DNA from: an uncultured Clostridia bacterium
GTDB taxonomy: Bacteria > Bacillota > Clostridia > UBA1381
Assembly: GCA_947628515.1 (NCBI GenBank)
Contig: CANRAG010000002.1
Location: 458 to 64,457 of the forward strand
Length of the DNA stretch: 64,000 nt
Direction of reading: 5' to 3'
In this document: positions 26,779 through 35,988 of the stretch, in pieces
How the letters are laid out: each line of letters starts with the position of its first letter
How positions within the stretch are numbered: position 1 is the stretch's first letter
Position numbers and translations under genes: made by a program
Notes under the pieces: model-generated
The model's input: the letters and a program-made list of their open reading frames with translations, nothing else
Databases searched by the model: none
Told to the model about the DNA's origin: nothing

Positions 26779-27504
26779 TTAATATGAAAAAACGATTTTT
26801 TCAACGGACGTTTTCGCCAACAGGATTTCCGCGTCGGTCACCGGCTCATCCGTTTCTTTAAATTCGTTATCGGCAATATGTCTGCCTGTCAGTTTCGCGT
26901 ACCATGTCATGCCCAAGGCGTATCGCCCCAAGCCGTATGACGCGTGAAATGTGTCGCGATGGATCTTTTCTATGCCGCTGTCGAGCATATCCGCAAACAC
27001 CTCGCCGGAAGGGATAATCCCGTCCGCGTCTATGGACTTTGCGGCCTTAATATACGCTTTTTTATTGCTCTTAAGCATATCATGATAATCCGCGTATTTC
27101 AGATATGCAAGTCTTTCGCTGCCGTTTTCGTAAGCCCATGTCTGATGCAGGTATATCGCAGACCTCGGCGAATACTTGCGTATATATTCGTTCATAAAGC
27201 CGAGATAGGGCTGATATGTTTCATAGTCGGGCGCGAGGTTACTGACCTGCTGAAGGGTGACAGCGTCCCACTCGTCGCTTATAAGCGCGTCCTTAATCGA
27301 AACCATAAACCCTGTCCCTTCTCCGTCAAACTCCATCCCGTAGTCCCTTCTGTCCTCCAGAGCGTTAATATAGTGCGTCCTGAGAGAGCAGCCGCCTATG
27401 TACAAATTTACAATTTTAAGCTCCGTCCCGTCGGCCTTCGCGATTTTATGAAGATACCTTGCGGCATCCTGCGAAAAACTGTTCCCTATTGCCAATACTT
27501 TCAC
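26779..27504 (-). CDS. SGNH-hydrolase-like protein (DUF4886-like)
   Basis: 241 aa. MKVLAIGNSFSQDA is the GNSxS block I of the SGNH fold. A late DTFH block follows (...HRDTFHASYGLGRYA). Confidence 0.5.
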   Translation of the reverse strand: MKVLAIGNSFSQDAARYLHKIAKADGTELKIVNLYIGGCSLRTHYINALEDRRDYGMEFDGEGTGFMVSIKDALISDEWDAVTLQQVSNLAPDYETYQPYLGFMNEYIRKYSPRSAIYLHQTWAYENGSERLAYLKYADYHDMLKSNKKAYIKAAKSIDADGIIPSGEVFADMLDSGIEKIHRDTFHASYGLGRYALGMTWYAKLTGRHIADNEFKETDEPVTDAEILLAKTSVEKIVFSY

Positions 27505-27536
27505 GTTAATCCTCCTTTTATGTACGGTATTCCCAA

Positions 27537-29273
27537 TTACAGTAAAAGCTTTAAAACGCTTTCCGTAAAGTCCGCAAGCTTTTCTTCCGCCTTCCGCCTC
27601 GACACGTCCTTGACCCCGGTATAAAGCTTTATTTTAGGCTCCGTACCCGAAGGCCTTATACAGCACCACATATCATTCGGAAACTCAAAATACAAAACAT
27701 CGGATTTTGGCAGTCCCGTTTCGCTTTGCGCGCCGCTTTCATAATCTATACGAATACCCTTATCATAATCGCAAAAAGCTGTCACGGTATATCCGCCAAT
27801 ACTCCCTGGCGGGTTGCGGCGCATACCGCTCATGATACCGCGTATCTTTTCCGCGCCCGCAATACCGTCGAGCGTGACGGTGCGCAGCGCTTCACTATAG
27901 AAGCCGTATTTTTTAAACAGTCTTTTCATCTGCCCGCAAAGCGTCAGCCCGTTCTCTTTGTAATATGCGGCTGCCTCGCAAATCGCGGCAGCTGCCGCGA
28001 CAGCGTCCTTATCCCGCGCGTGAGTACCCACGAGACAACCGTAGCTTTCCTCATAACCAAACAGAAACTCGCGCTCGCCGCTTTTTTCGAACAGCTTAAT
28101 CTGCTCTCCGATGTACTTAAAACCCGTGAGCGTTTCAATCAAACCGACATTATATTCCCTTGCTATGTCCCGCGCCATCTTTCCGGACACTATTGTTGTC
28201 ACCACGACTCCGTTACCGGGCAGCATATCTCTTTTTTTAAGCTGTGACAAACGGTACTCGCAAACAAGCGCGCCCAACATGTTTCCGGTAAACGGCACGT
28301 ATTTGCCTGTCGCCGTGTCTTTGGCGTACAATCCCAATCTGTCCGCGTCGGGATCGGTAGCGAGAACAATATCCGCGTCAACTCTTCCCGCAAGCTCCAG
28401 CGCGAGCGCGAACGTTTCCGGCACTTCGGGATTTGGACAAGCAACCGTAGGGAACGCTCCGTCCGCCTTCTCCTGCTCCGGAACAACATACACCTTGCTA
28501 AATCCGAGTTCGGCAAGTATTCTCCGCACCGGTAAATTTCCCGTACCGTGAAGCGGAGTATAAACTATTTTTATTGACGCCGCCTGCCTTTTAACCGCTT
28601 CCGTATTTATGACCGACGCCTTCAAAGCATTTATGTATAAATCGTCGATTTCTTTCCCGATAACATTATACAGTCCCGTCCGCGCGGCTTCTCGCTCCGG
28701 CACTGTCATAGCGTCGCTGTACTTTATTTTGTTTATCTCCGTTATGATTTCAGCATCCCGCGGACTGGTTATCTGCGCTCCGTCCTCCCAATACACCTTA
28801 TATCCGTTGTATTCCGCCGGATTATGGCTCGCGGTGATAACAACTCCGGCTATACATCCCCGTTTTAAAACGGCAAACGACAGCTCCGGAGTAGGACGCA
28901 GACTTTCGAATATAAACGTCATAATGCCGTTCGCCGCCAGACAAAGCGCGGCTTCTTTGGCAAATTCCCGCGACATTTTCCTCGAATCATACGCTATTAC
29001 CACGCCCTTTTTTGCCGCGCCCGCCCTGAGTATAACATTTGCAAGCCCCTGCGTAGCCCTGCGTACCGTGTAGATATTTACGCGGTTTGTTCCCGCGCCC
29101 ATAATACCTCTCAAACCGCCCGTGCCGAACTCCAAATCACGGCAAAATCTTTCGCGTATTTCTTCTTTGTCGCCGCGTATTTTCTTAAGTTCCGCTACAA
29201 TGTTCGCGTCAAAATAGCTGTCGTTACACCATAATTCATAATTTTTAAAAATTACTTCATCAGAATACAACAT
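27537..29273 (-). CDS. Phosphoglucomutase/phosphomannomutase (alpha-D-phosphohexomutase superfamily)
   Basis: 578 aa with TASHNPAEYNGYKVY (phosphoserine loop), DPDADRL (Mg site) and GYEESYG (sugar-binding loop). Confidence 0.85.
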   Translation of the reverse strand: MLYSDEVIFKNYELWCNDSYFDANIVAELKKIRGDKEEIRERFCRDLEFGTGGLRGIMGAGTNRVNIYTVRRATQGLANVILRAGAAKKGVVIAYDSRKMSREFAKEAALCLAANGIMTFIFESLRPTPELSFAVLKRGCIAGVVITASHNPAEYNGYKVYWEDGAQITSPRDAEIITEINKIKYSDAMTVPEREAARTGLYNVIGKEIDDLYINALKASVINTEAVKRQAASIKIVYTPLHGTGNLPVRRILAELGFSKVYVVPEQEKADGAFPTVACPNPEVPETFALALELAGRVDADIVLATDPDADRLGLYAKDTATGKYVPFTGNMLGALVCEYRLSQLKKRDMLPGNGVVVTTIVSGKMARDIAREYNVGLIETLTGFKYIGEQIKLFEKSGEREFLFGYEESYGCLVGTHARDKDAVAAAAAICEAAAYYKENGLTLCGQMKRLFKKYGFYSEALRTVTLDGIAGAEKIRGIMSGMRRNPPGSIGGYTVTAFCDYDKGIRIDYESGAQSETGLPKSDVLYFEFPNDMWCCIRPSGTEPKIKLYTGVKDVSRRKAEEKLADFTESVLKLLL

Positions 29274-29350
29274 ATTTCCCTCAAAAACATCACCGTCGGG
29301 GGGCGCGTTATGACACGCGCCCCCTTACCTCTGAAACCGGTCGAATTTTA

Positions 29351-31645
29351 TTAATCCAATTTCATTATCATCCGCAATATTCTTTGCGCGCATACTTCAA
29401 TCTCCGACCGCGTTATTTTGCCGTCTGCCAGAGCTTGCATAACTCCGTCGCGCTGCCCCTCGGGCATTTTAATATCGTTACCTGCCTTAAGCTCCTTATA
29501 CTGTTCGGCAAGATTGCACCAGTCGGTTGTAATCATGCCGTCATATCCCCACTCACCTCGTAATATATTGGTGAGAAGCTCATAGTTTTCGGACGCTCTT
29601 TCCCCGTTTACAAGGTTATATGAGGTCATTATAACCCACGGCTGCGCCTCCTTCACACATATTTCAAAGCCCTTCAGATATATTTCCCGAAGCGCGCGCT
29701 CGGACATCATAGAGTCTGAATTATATCGGTTTACCTCCTTGTTGTTGGCGCAAAAGTGCTTTGCCGTCGCGGCAATATTCTGCGACTGAATACCACGCAC
29801 CTTCGCTGCCGCCATAATTCCCGAAACCAGCGGGTCCTCGGAAAAATACTCAAAATTTCTTCCGCAGAGCGGGTTTCGGTGTATGTTCATTGCCGGCGTA
29901 AGCCATATTCCTATATTGTTCTCCTTAACCTCTTTAGCTCCCGCGGCGCCTATCTTATACATCAATTCCGGATTCCATGTGCAGGCTATCTGCGTCGCGC
30001 ACGGAAACGCCGTTGTGCAAACGCCCGTTTTTCTATCCACCCGAAGTCCCGCCGGGCCGTCGGCAGTCATAATATTCGGTATTCCGTATTCTTCAAGCGC
30101 GCCCATTCCAAATGTGTTGGCGACTCCCGTATTCGGTTTACCGAACGTAAGCTCTACAAGCTGCAAATCCGAAAGCTGCGCCGTGAACGCGTCAAGCGTA
30201 ACCTTGCCGCTTACAACGTCGGCAAGCATCGCCTTTTCCTCCGGCGCTTTTTCCGTGTTCGCTTCATAAATGCAATCATGCCCGTGTTTCTCGGACGGAT
30301 AAAGCTTCTCGAAGCTGCCGTCGCTGAGCATTCGCTTTTCAAGCTTCTGCGGCGCGCACTGCTGCGTAAGCTGCTGTGTTATTATATCTTCCTCAACTAT
30401 ATACTCGTAATCGGCCTTAACCGTATTTCTGACCGAATTGCCTATATGGAAGCCGTACGCGCCCTTTTCAAGAACATACGCCGATTTCTTAACCTTTCCC
30501 GTATCGTCATAGCTCGCCATCGAGGCAGCTTCGAACTCCATAAACACCGTTCTTGTCTCACCCGGTTCAAGTTCCTTTGTCTTCGCGAACGCCGCCAGCT
30601 CTCTTGCGGGCTTGCCGAGCTTCCCCTGCGGCGCGCTGTAATATACCTGCACGACCTCCTTGCCGCTTATTTCGCCCGTGTTCGTAACATCCGCTCTTAC
30701 CTTTATACGCCCCGCTTCCTCGCTAACGCGAACGCCGGTTATTTCAAAGCTTGTATAAGACAGTCCAAATCCGAACGGATAGTTTACCCTGTCTTGCGCT
30801 CCCGGAATTGTTTCGAAATACCGGTAGCCGACATATATATCCTCGTAGTATTTTACGTAATCGTCTGACTCATTGAAGCTTTCCGAGGAAGGATAGTCCG
30901 AAAATCTCTTTGCGAAGGTATCCACAAGCTTGCCCGACGGATTTACATCACCGCAAAGAACGTCTGCCACAGCAAGGCCGCCTTCCATGCCGGACTGCCA
31001 CGCGTACAAAACAGCGCCTATTCCGTCGTCGGAATGATACCACTCGGTATCCGTCTGCGCGCCCGCGTTTATCACAACAATTATATTGCAAAAATTCGCC
31101 TTTACCTTGTCCACCATTTTCCGCTCCTGCGCGCTCAGGTAGAAATCTCCGTCATCCGGCTCTCCCATTCTGTCCACAAACTCGCTTGAAAAGCGGCATA
31201 TTGTTATAATTGCCGTGTCCGTAAATTTCTTCGCCTCATAAATTAGCCCGTCGGGGATTTCAGGCTCCGTGGTCTTGCCGTTTTCCGCTCCCTTAGCGTA
31301 CTGTCTTTCAACCTCGTTCTTATAGAACTCTGTTAACTCGTCAAAAAGGCACACTTTTCCTTCTCCGGCTTTAATATTAAGACCGTCGCATATGTTTCGC
31401 ACGTATTCGACCGTAACATCTCCCGAACCGCCGCCGCCTTTTACATAATCTATCTGGGCTTTTCCGAATACCGCTATTTTTGTCCCCGCCTTAAGCGGCA
31501 AAACGCCGTTGTTTTTAAGAAGAACCATGCCTTCCGCGCCCACCGTCCTCGAAAGCTCGATATGCTCCCCGGACGCCGTAACCCTTTTGCCTTCCCTGCC
31601 CAACGGCAGACAAGGCGCGTAATTTGCTCTTGCCCATTTTTCCAT
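29351..31645 (-). CDS. GH3 beta-glucosidase-type enzyme with permuted domain order (C-terminal sandwich + Fn3-like domain first, catalytic barrel last)
   Basis: 764 aa. The N-terminal part (VLLKNNGVLPL...VLYAWQSGMEGGLAVADVLCGDVNPSGKL...FGFGLSYTSF...EVVQVYY) matches the usual GH3 C-terminal and Fn3 regions. The C-terminal part (DGPAGLR..., KHFCANNKEVNRY, GYDGMITTDW) matches the catalytic (beta/alpha)8 domain with its nucleophile Asp. There is no signal peptide. Confidence 0.85.
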   Translation of the reverse strand: MEKWARANYAPCLPLGREGKRVTASGEHIELSRTVGAEGMVLLKNNGVLPLKAGTKIAVFGKAQIDYVKGGGGSGDVTVEYVRNICDGLNIKAGEGKVCLFDELTEFYKNEVERQYAKGAENGKTTEPEIPDGLIYEAKKFTDTAIITICRFSSEFVDRMGEPDDGDFYLSAQERKMVDKVKANFCNIIVVINAGAQTDTEWYHSDDGIGAVLYAWQSGMEGGLAVADVLCGDVNPSGKLVDTFAKRFSDYPSSESFNESDDYVKYYEDIYVGYRYFETIPGAQDRVNYPFGFGLSYTSFEITGVRVSEEAGRIKVRADVTNTGEISGKEVVQVYYSAPQGKLGKPARELAAFAKTKELEPGETRTVFMEFEAASMASYDDTGKVKKSAYVLEKGAYGFHIGNSVRNTVKADYEYIVEEDIITQQLTQQCAPQKLEKRMLSDGSFEKLYPSEKHGHDCIYEANTEKAPEEKAMLADVVSGKVTLDAFTAQLSDLQLVELTFGKPNTGVANTFGMGALEEYGIPNIMTADGPAGLRVDRKTGVCTTAFPCATQIACTWNPELMYKIGAAGAKEVKENNIGIWLTPAMNIHRNPLCGRNFEYFSEDPLVSGIMAAAKVRGIQSQNIAATAKHFCANNKEVNRYNSDSMMSERALREIYLKGFEICVKEAQPWVIMTSYNLVNGERASENYELLTNILRGEWGYDGMITTDWCNLAEQYKELKAGNDIKMPEGQRDGVMQALADGKITRSEIEVCAQRILRMIMKLD

Positions 31646-31800
31646 AAAAAAACTCCTTTATGTATAATTTACTCATAAGCGCGTAAGCTTCCCGCCAAAC
31701 GCACTCCTTTAATACTTGCTTCGCTTTAGATTATATACCGGTTTCCCGTCAAAATCAACATCAAGAAAACAACTTTTCAGAGAAAAATCCAAACTTATAC

Positions 31801-31833
31801 AAAAACGCCGTATCCAAAAGATACGACGTTTTT
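31801..31833. terminator. Bidirectional rho-independent terminator
   Basis: AAAAACGCCGTATC-CAAAA-GATACGACGTTTTT: a 10-bp stem (one mismatch/wobble) flanked by A5 and T5. It lies 17 nt downstream of the stop of small ORF P2. Confidence 0.6.
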
Positions 31834-31849
31834 GTATATGTATCAGTAA

Positions 31850-32023
31850 CTACCATGTTATGATATATGAATTTAGTTGAAAATTTCCGTCCTCAGCAGG
31901 CTTGTAGCCTTCCAATTCTTCCGGAGCCGCAAGCTTAACGGCGCTTTCCGTTATTATGTTCTCACTCCCAAAGCTCTTTATGTCAAGAACGGGCGCATTA
32001 TATTTTTTCATATTGTCTTTCAT
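31850..32023 (-). CDS. Small acidic ORF P2 (57 aa), unknown function; paralogue of the ORF at 16691-16855
   Basis: Not in the track; I translated it by hand as MKDNMKKYNAPVLDIKSFGSENIITESAVKLAAPEELEGYKPAEDGNFQLNSYIITW. AGGAGG sits 9 nt upstream of ATG 32023. The ORF starts 18 nt after the stop of the 602-aa gene and a terminator follows. Confidence 0.5.
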   Translation of the reverse strand: MKDNMKKYNAPVLDIKSFGSENIITESAVKLAAPEELEGYKPAEDGNFQLNSYIITW

Positions 32024-32041
32024 AGTCTCTGTCCTCCTAAA

Positions 32042-33850
32042 TTATTCAATCGTGAATGTGGCCTTAACATCTGCCGGCGCGCCAAGAAGTATTACCGAAA
32101 ATACCGCGTTGCCGCCTTGCATATTACCTATTTCAAAGGTTTTCTCAAGCGTCTTGTTATCGGTTTCGCTTGTGAAAACGCCCTTAAACGATTTATGTGA
32201 AAGATCCACTGTCACATCCCAGAAATATCCCGCGTTACTGCTATCATCATCTGTCTTTACGACCTCTTTCCGGTCGGATTGGCCTATATCCGGCGTTGCA
32301 GTCGGCTCCGCCGTGGGCGTAGGCGTCGGGGTCGCCTCCGGCCAGCCTGACGCCGGAGGCGGAATCTCGTCCGTCTGATACGCCGTCATAGAATGAATTT
32401 CCCAGTTTACGGTCGTGGGAATCTCCATCACGCCGTCGCCTTCACCAACATTGAAGTCATCACGCTGCGGGATCGCAACAGGCCAGAGCCTGAAATTACC
32501 CGAGCCATAATTCTCAATAGTTGTTAAATCCTTATTGCTGTTTTCGTCTATGCTATAATCCGCTCCGTCATAGCTGTAATAAGTTTTTGCGCATTGTGGA
32601 TTTTTTTCATTGCCGTTTGGTGAGATAATAAAACGCATGGTATGCATTTTATCCTTGTCGGCTTCAACAATCTGCTTTCCCCTCCACGTCATACCATTGA
32701 CTTCACTGATACAGCTTCCCTCATGGGTAAGCTTAAGACCTATATACGGAGACTCTGCTGAATAATCCTCAAGAGAAACTTTAAACCGCACATCAAGCAC
32801 AATATTCTTATTCGTTACAAAGCGTTCGCCCGGAATCTTAAATGTTGTTTTGTATTCGCTCGCTTTCTTTTGCTCAACCTTTATCGGCGCGTCCGACACG
32901 GTTCTCGGCTTGTCCGAATAAACCCTTGTCGCTCCGCCTGTGCCGAAAAATGAAACGTCAATACTGCCCTCCTGCTTGATTGTGCTTATAGAGTCGTCAA
33001 AATATTTTTTATCGCTCAAATTAAGGATATACTCCTTGTCCGTCTCCGACGGGGTCGGCGTCGCCTTCGGCGGCTCGGGTATCTTGTCCGTTTGGTATGC
33101 CTTAAACGAGTGGAATTCCCAATTTACCGGCGTGTCAAGCACAGATCCATCGTCTGTATTATGTTCGTCTCTGCCTCCGCTCGGTATTGATGTCGGCATA
33201 AACCTTAACTGCGCGGTTTCATCATTTTCTGCAACATAGCCCCAGTTTACCGCGGTCTCCGCAACAGCGCCGCCGGTTTTTGTCTTGTAATCCGCGCCGT
33301 CAAGACTGTATTTCACAACGGCTTTTCCATCCTCCTTGCTTAACACATAGCGCATATGATGCAGTGTATCTTTCTCACTCTCCTTGAGCTGAATTCCTCT
33401 CCATTCCATGCCGTCGCAATTGACCAAGTTATTTGATGTGTATAATCTCAGTCCTATATACGGTGACGGCTGAGCATAATCGTCAAGATATACCTTAAAC
33501 TCAATGTCAACTACTGTGTTCTGTGCGGTTGAAAATGCCTTTGCTTCTGTCCAGAAAGTGCCCTTCCAGTCCGACATCTTTTCCTGTTTTACCTTAATCG
33601 GTTTGTCTGTATCCTTCTCCCAATCTTCACAGGTTATGCTTGAACCTTCACCTCCGTAATAGTAGAGATTTGCGCTTCCTTGCTGCGTAGTTGTATTGTT
33701 TGTATGGTTAAAATACTTTGCGTCACTGATATTAAGAATATAATTGGGCTCCTCCGCCGACGCAAACGGAATGTACAGCGAAACGAGCATGGCGGCGCTC
33801 AAAAATGCCGCCAATATTCTTTTACGGTACTTCTGTGTCATGTTTTTCAT
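32042..33850 (-). CDS. Secreted protein: signal peptide, two copies of an unassigned ~220-aa module, PT-rich linker, conserved ~85-aa C-terminal domain
   Basis: 602 aa. Signal peptide ...SLYIPFASAEE. The modules are marked by YILN(I/L)SD.KYF..., ...FKV.L.DY...SPYIGL(R/K)L... and VNWE(F/I)(H/Y)S(F/M).AYQTD. The linker is PEATPTPTPTAEPTATP. By eye about two-thirds identical to residues 1-500 of the 1142-aa protein at 41428-44856. Confidence 0.8.
   Translation of the reverse strand: MKNMTQKYRKRILAAFLSAAMLVSLYIPFASAEEPNYILNISDAKYFNHTNNTTTQQGSANLYYYGGEGSSITCEDWEKDTDKPIKVKQEKMSDWKGTFWTEAKAFSTAQNTVVDIEFKVYLDDYAQPSPYIGLRLYTSNNLVNCDGMEWRGIQLKESEKDTLHHMRYVLSKEDGKAVVKYSLDGADYKTKTGGAVAETAVNWGYVAENDETAQLRFMPTSIPSGGRDEHNTDDGSVLDTPVNWEFHSFKAYQTDKIPEPPKATPTPSETDKEYILNLSDKKYFDDSISTIKQEGSIDVSFFGTGGATRVYSDKPRTVSDAPIKVEQKKASEYKTTFKIPGERFVTNKNIVLDVRFKVSLEDYSAESPYIGLKLTHEGSCISEVNGMTWRGKQIVEADKDKMHTMRFIISPNGNEKNPQCAKTYYSYDGADYSIDENSNKDLTTIENYGSGNFRLWPVAIPQRDDFNVGEGDGVMEIPTTVNWEIHSMTAYQTDEIPPPASGWPEATPTPTPTAEPTATPDIGQSDRKEVVKTDDDSSNAGYFWDVTVDLSHKSFKGVFTSETDNKTLEKTFEIGNMQGGNAVFSVILLGAPADVKATFTIE
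32083..32189. repeat. Direct DNA repeat copy 1 (C-terminal-domain coding segment)
   Basis: A 107-nt stretch that differs at only 2 positions from 33922-34028. Similarity extends over about 32045-32335 vs 33884-34175. Confidence 0.9.
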
Positions 33851-33880
33851 TCCTTTCCTGCAATGTTGAATTTATTCCAA

Positions 33881-35758
33881 TCATTCAACTGTGAACTTGG
33901 CCTCAACATCTTTCGGCGCGTCAAGAAGTATTACCGAAAATACCGCGTTGCCGCCTTGCATATTATCTATTTCAAAGGTTTTCTCAAGCGTCTTGTTATC
34001 GGTTACGCTTGTGAAAACGCCCTTAAACAAATCATGCGAAAGATCCACCGTCACATCCCAGAAATATCCCGCGTGACTGCTATCAGCTGCTGTTACGACC
34101 TCTTTACGTTCGGGTTGGACTATATCCGGCGTTGCCGTTGGCGTAGGCGTCGGTTCAGCTGTGGGCGTCGGGGTGGGTTCCGGCTCCTTATTGCCGCCGT
34201 CCGATTTGATCGAAACATCGTCAAGCATGATGTAGTTATTCAACATATTACTGGGCTGACCAACTTTTAATATCGCTACGGTTACGGTATCCTTCTCATC
34301 TGAACTCATTATTGTTCTTATAAGCGCGTCATCGCGCGCCGTAACATCAATCGTCTCACCATTTATATTGAAATTTATTTTACCCTTTGCCACATCGTAC
34401 TCAATCTTAACGTCACGCCATTCGCCAAACTCCCAATTTAATGTTTTTTCCGATGTTGTTCCCGAACTCAAAACTTCCCCTGCGTATACGGGCGGCCATA
34501 TACTTCCTGAGCTCTTCATTTGTCCGTGTACTACTGGATCTACTGTACCCACCGTGTCTTCAAACGTAAGTATTCTGTCTGCCGGGGTTGTTTTCGCATC
34601 TTTGAAAAACACGCCTTCTTCGGTTCCGTCCGCTATATCTACAGACAAATCATACTTACGCACTCTCTCCCAACCGTCTTTTTGATCAAATCCGTCCGGG
34701 TCTGAAATCAAAGCCTTAAAACTTATTTCGAGCTTTTCCTTAGGCTTCTTCACGGTGTAGCGCACGGCGCTGTCAAAACTTTGCTCGTCGGATCCATGTC
34801 CCCTTGTACTTTTAAGTATCTTATTTGACGGGTTTTTCGGATCCTTTTCAACAATTGTCTGATAATTTATAGCGCTGAAACCACCTGAATAGTTTCCTCG
34901 GCTTATCAATCCGCCTGTTCTTATTCCGTTTTGCATCGGAGCCATTCCCACCGTGTCCGCTTCAAAATCGCTCCCCGCCTCGTTGGTTATTTCATTCTCG
35001 TATCTGTACAGTCTGAAATTATCAAAATACACGTCCCCCGTGGTAAGCATTTTAAGTATTATCTTAACAGGATTCTCTAAATTCAAACCGTTATAGTTCT
35101 CGAGGTCAAAGTATGCCTTATCATATGTCTGTGGATTGGCAGCAGACGCCGTATAGTTCAGTCTGCCTTGCCAATACATGGTGAGCTTTGTGCTATTCGA
35201 AGCAAAATTGCTGAAAATCATTGTATTAGGTATCCAAATGTTAGGATAATTAGCAACCCAACCGTCGTTAATTTTTTTATCATCGACAATAAATACATTG
35301 CTTCCATCGTATTTTATCAATCTAATTTGTTTCTCCTCCTGCTCCACGATAATTTCAAAACTCGACAAGTCGGGGTCTTGGTGTCTTAGTACGGAAAAAT
35401 CGAACGCAAAGTCTTTTGGCAGCGTTCCGTCGTAAAGCGTAACTGCGTTTTCCTCGCCTTTCTCCGCAGCGGACAGCTTCAAAACATGATTGGCTTTGTC
35501 CGTCTCAAAAAGCGCGTTATACGCGTCATCAGTTTTTATTTCGACAAACGAGCTTCCCATCGGTGAGGAAACTATTTCCGCCGACAAGTTCCCGCTTGTA
35601 TCCGGCAGCTGTCCGTCCTCAAAGTCACGAATCATAAACACAGGATCCGCCACCGCGGGATTATCCGCCACCGCGGCAAACTGCGGGATTAGAGAACACC
35701 CTATAGCTGCCGCCGCCGCGAGAGCCGTCAATTTGAATTTTTTCATTTTCTTTCTCAC
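33881..35758 (-). CDS. Secreted protein: signal peptide, jelly-roll/CBM-like domains, PT-rich linker, same ~85-aa C-terminal domain as the 602-aa protein
   Basis: 625 aa. Signal peptide MRKKMKKFKLTALAAAAAIGCSLIPQFAAVA. Lectin-fold-like strand ends are visible (VYFDNFRLYRY, IMLDDVSIKS). The C-terminus EPTPTPTAEPTPTPTATPDIVQPERKEVV...AGYFWDVTVDLSH...NMQGGNAVFSVILLDAPKDVEAKFTVE is nearly identical to the 602-aa protein. Confidence 0.8.
   Translation of the reverse strand: MRKKMKKFKLTALAAAAAIGCSLIPQFAAVADNPAVADPVFMIRDFEDGQLPDTSGNLSAEIVSSPMGSSFVEIKTDDAYNALFETDKANHVLKLSAAEKGEENAVTLYDGTLPKDFAFDFSVLRHQDPDLSSFEIIVEQEEKQIRLIKYDGSNVFIVDDKKINDGWVANYPNIWIPNTMIFSNFASNSTKLTMYWQGRLNYTASAANPQTYDKAYFDLENYNGLNLENPVKIILKMLTTGDVYFDNFRLYRYENEITNEAGSDFEADTVGMAPMQNGIRTGGLISRGNYSGGFSAINYQTIVEKDPKNPSNKILKSTRGHGSDEQSFDSAVRYTVKKPKEKLEISFKALISDPDGFDQKDGWERVRKYDLSVDIADGTEEGVFFKDAKTTPADRILTFEDTVGTVDPVVHGQMKSSGSIWPPVYAGEVLSSGTTSEKTLNWEFGEWRDVKIEYDVAKGKINFNINGETIDVTARDDALIRTIMSSDEKDTVTVAILKVGQPSNMLNNYIMLDDVSIKSDGGNKEPEPTPTPTAEPTPTPTATPDIVQPERKEVVTAADSSHAGYFWDVTVDLSHDLFKGVFTSVTDNKTLEKTFEIDNMQGGNAVFSVILLDAPKDVEAKFTVE
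33922..34028. repeat. Direct DNA repeat copy 2 (C-terminal-domain coding segment)
   Basis: See 32083-32189: 105/107 identical, same orientation, 1839 bp apart. Confidence 0.9.
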
Positions 35759-35988
35759 ACCTCTTTCTGAAAAAATGAATTAAGTTTTAAGATAAATAAA
35801 ATTCCGAGTCGTTTTCCTGCAATTGTCTTGCAAGCTATGTTCATCCGACCTTTTTTATTATTTCTATTGTACCGCAGCGGAACGGCGCCGGTCAATGTCC
35901 AATATTTAACTTTTCGGCGGACACATTTAAACCTGTTTCGATAATTACGAGAATTTCACTTATTTTCAGGTCAATGCCAAACATTCGC

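Noticed and set aside
29756-30868. 370-aa plus-strand ORF inside the GH3 gene, and similar antisense ORFs (36337..37152, 38643..39254, 53251..54147, 26944..27624, 58036..58674, 61455..62207)
   Set aside because: They are Arg/Leu/Ser-rich with no motifs. Each is fully contained in a well-supported gene on the other strand.
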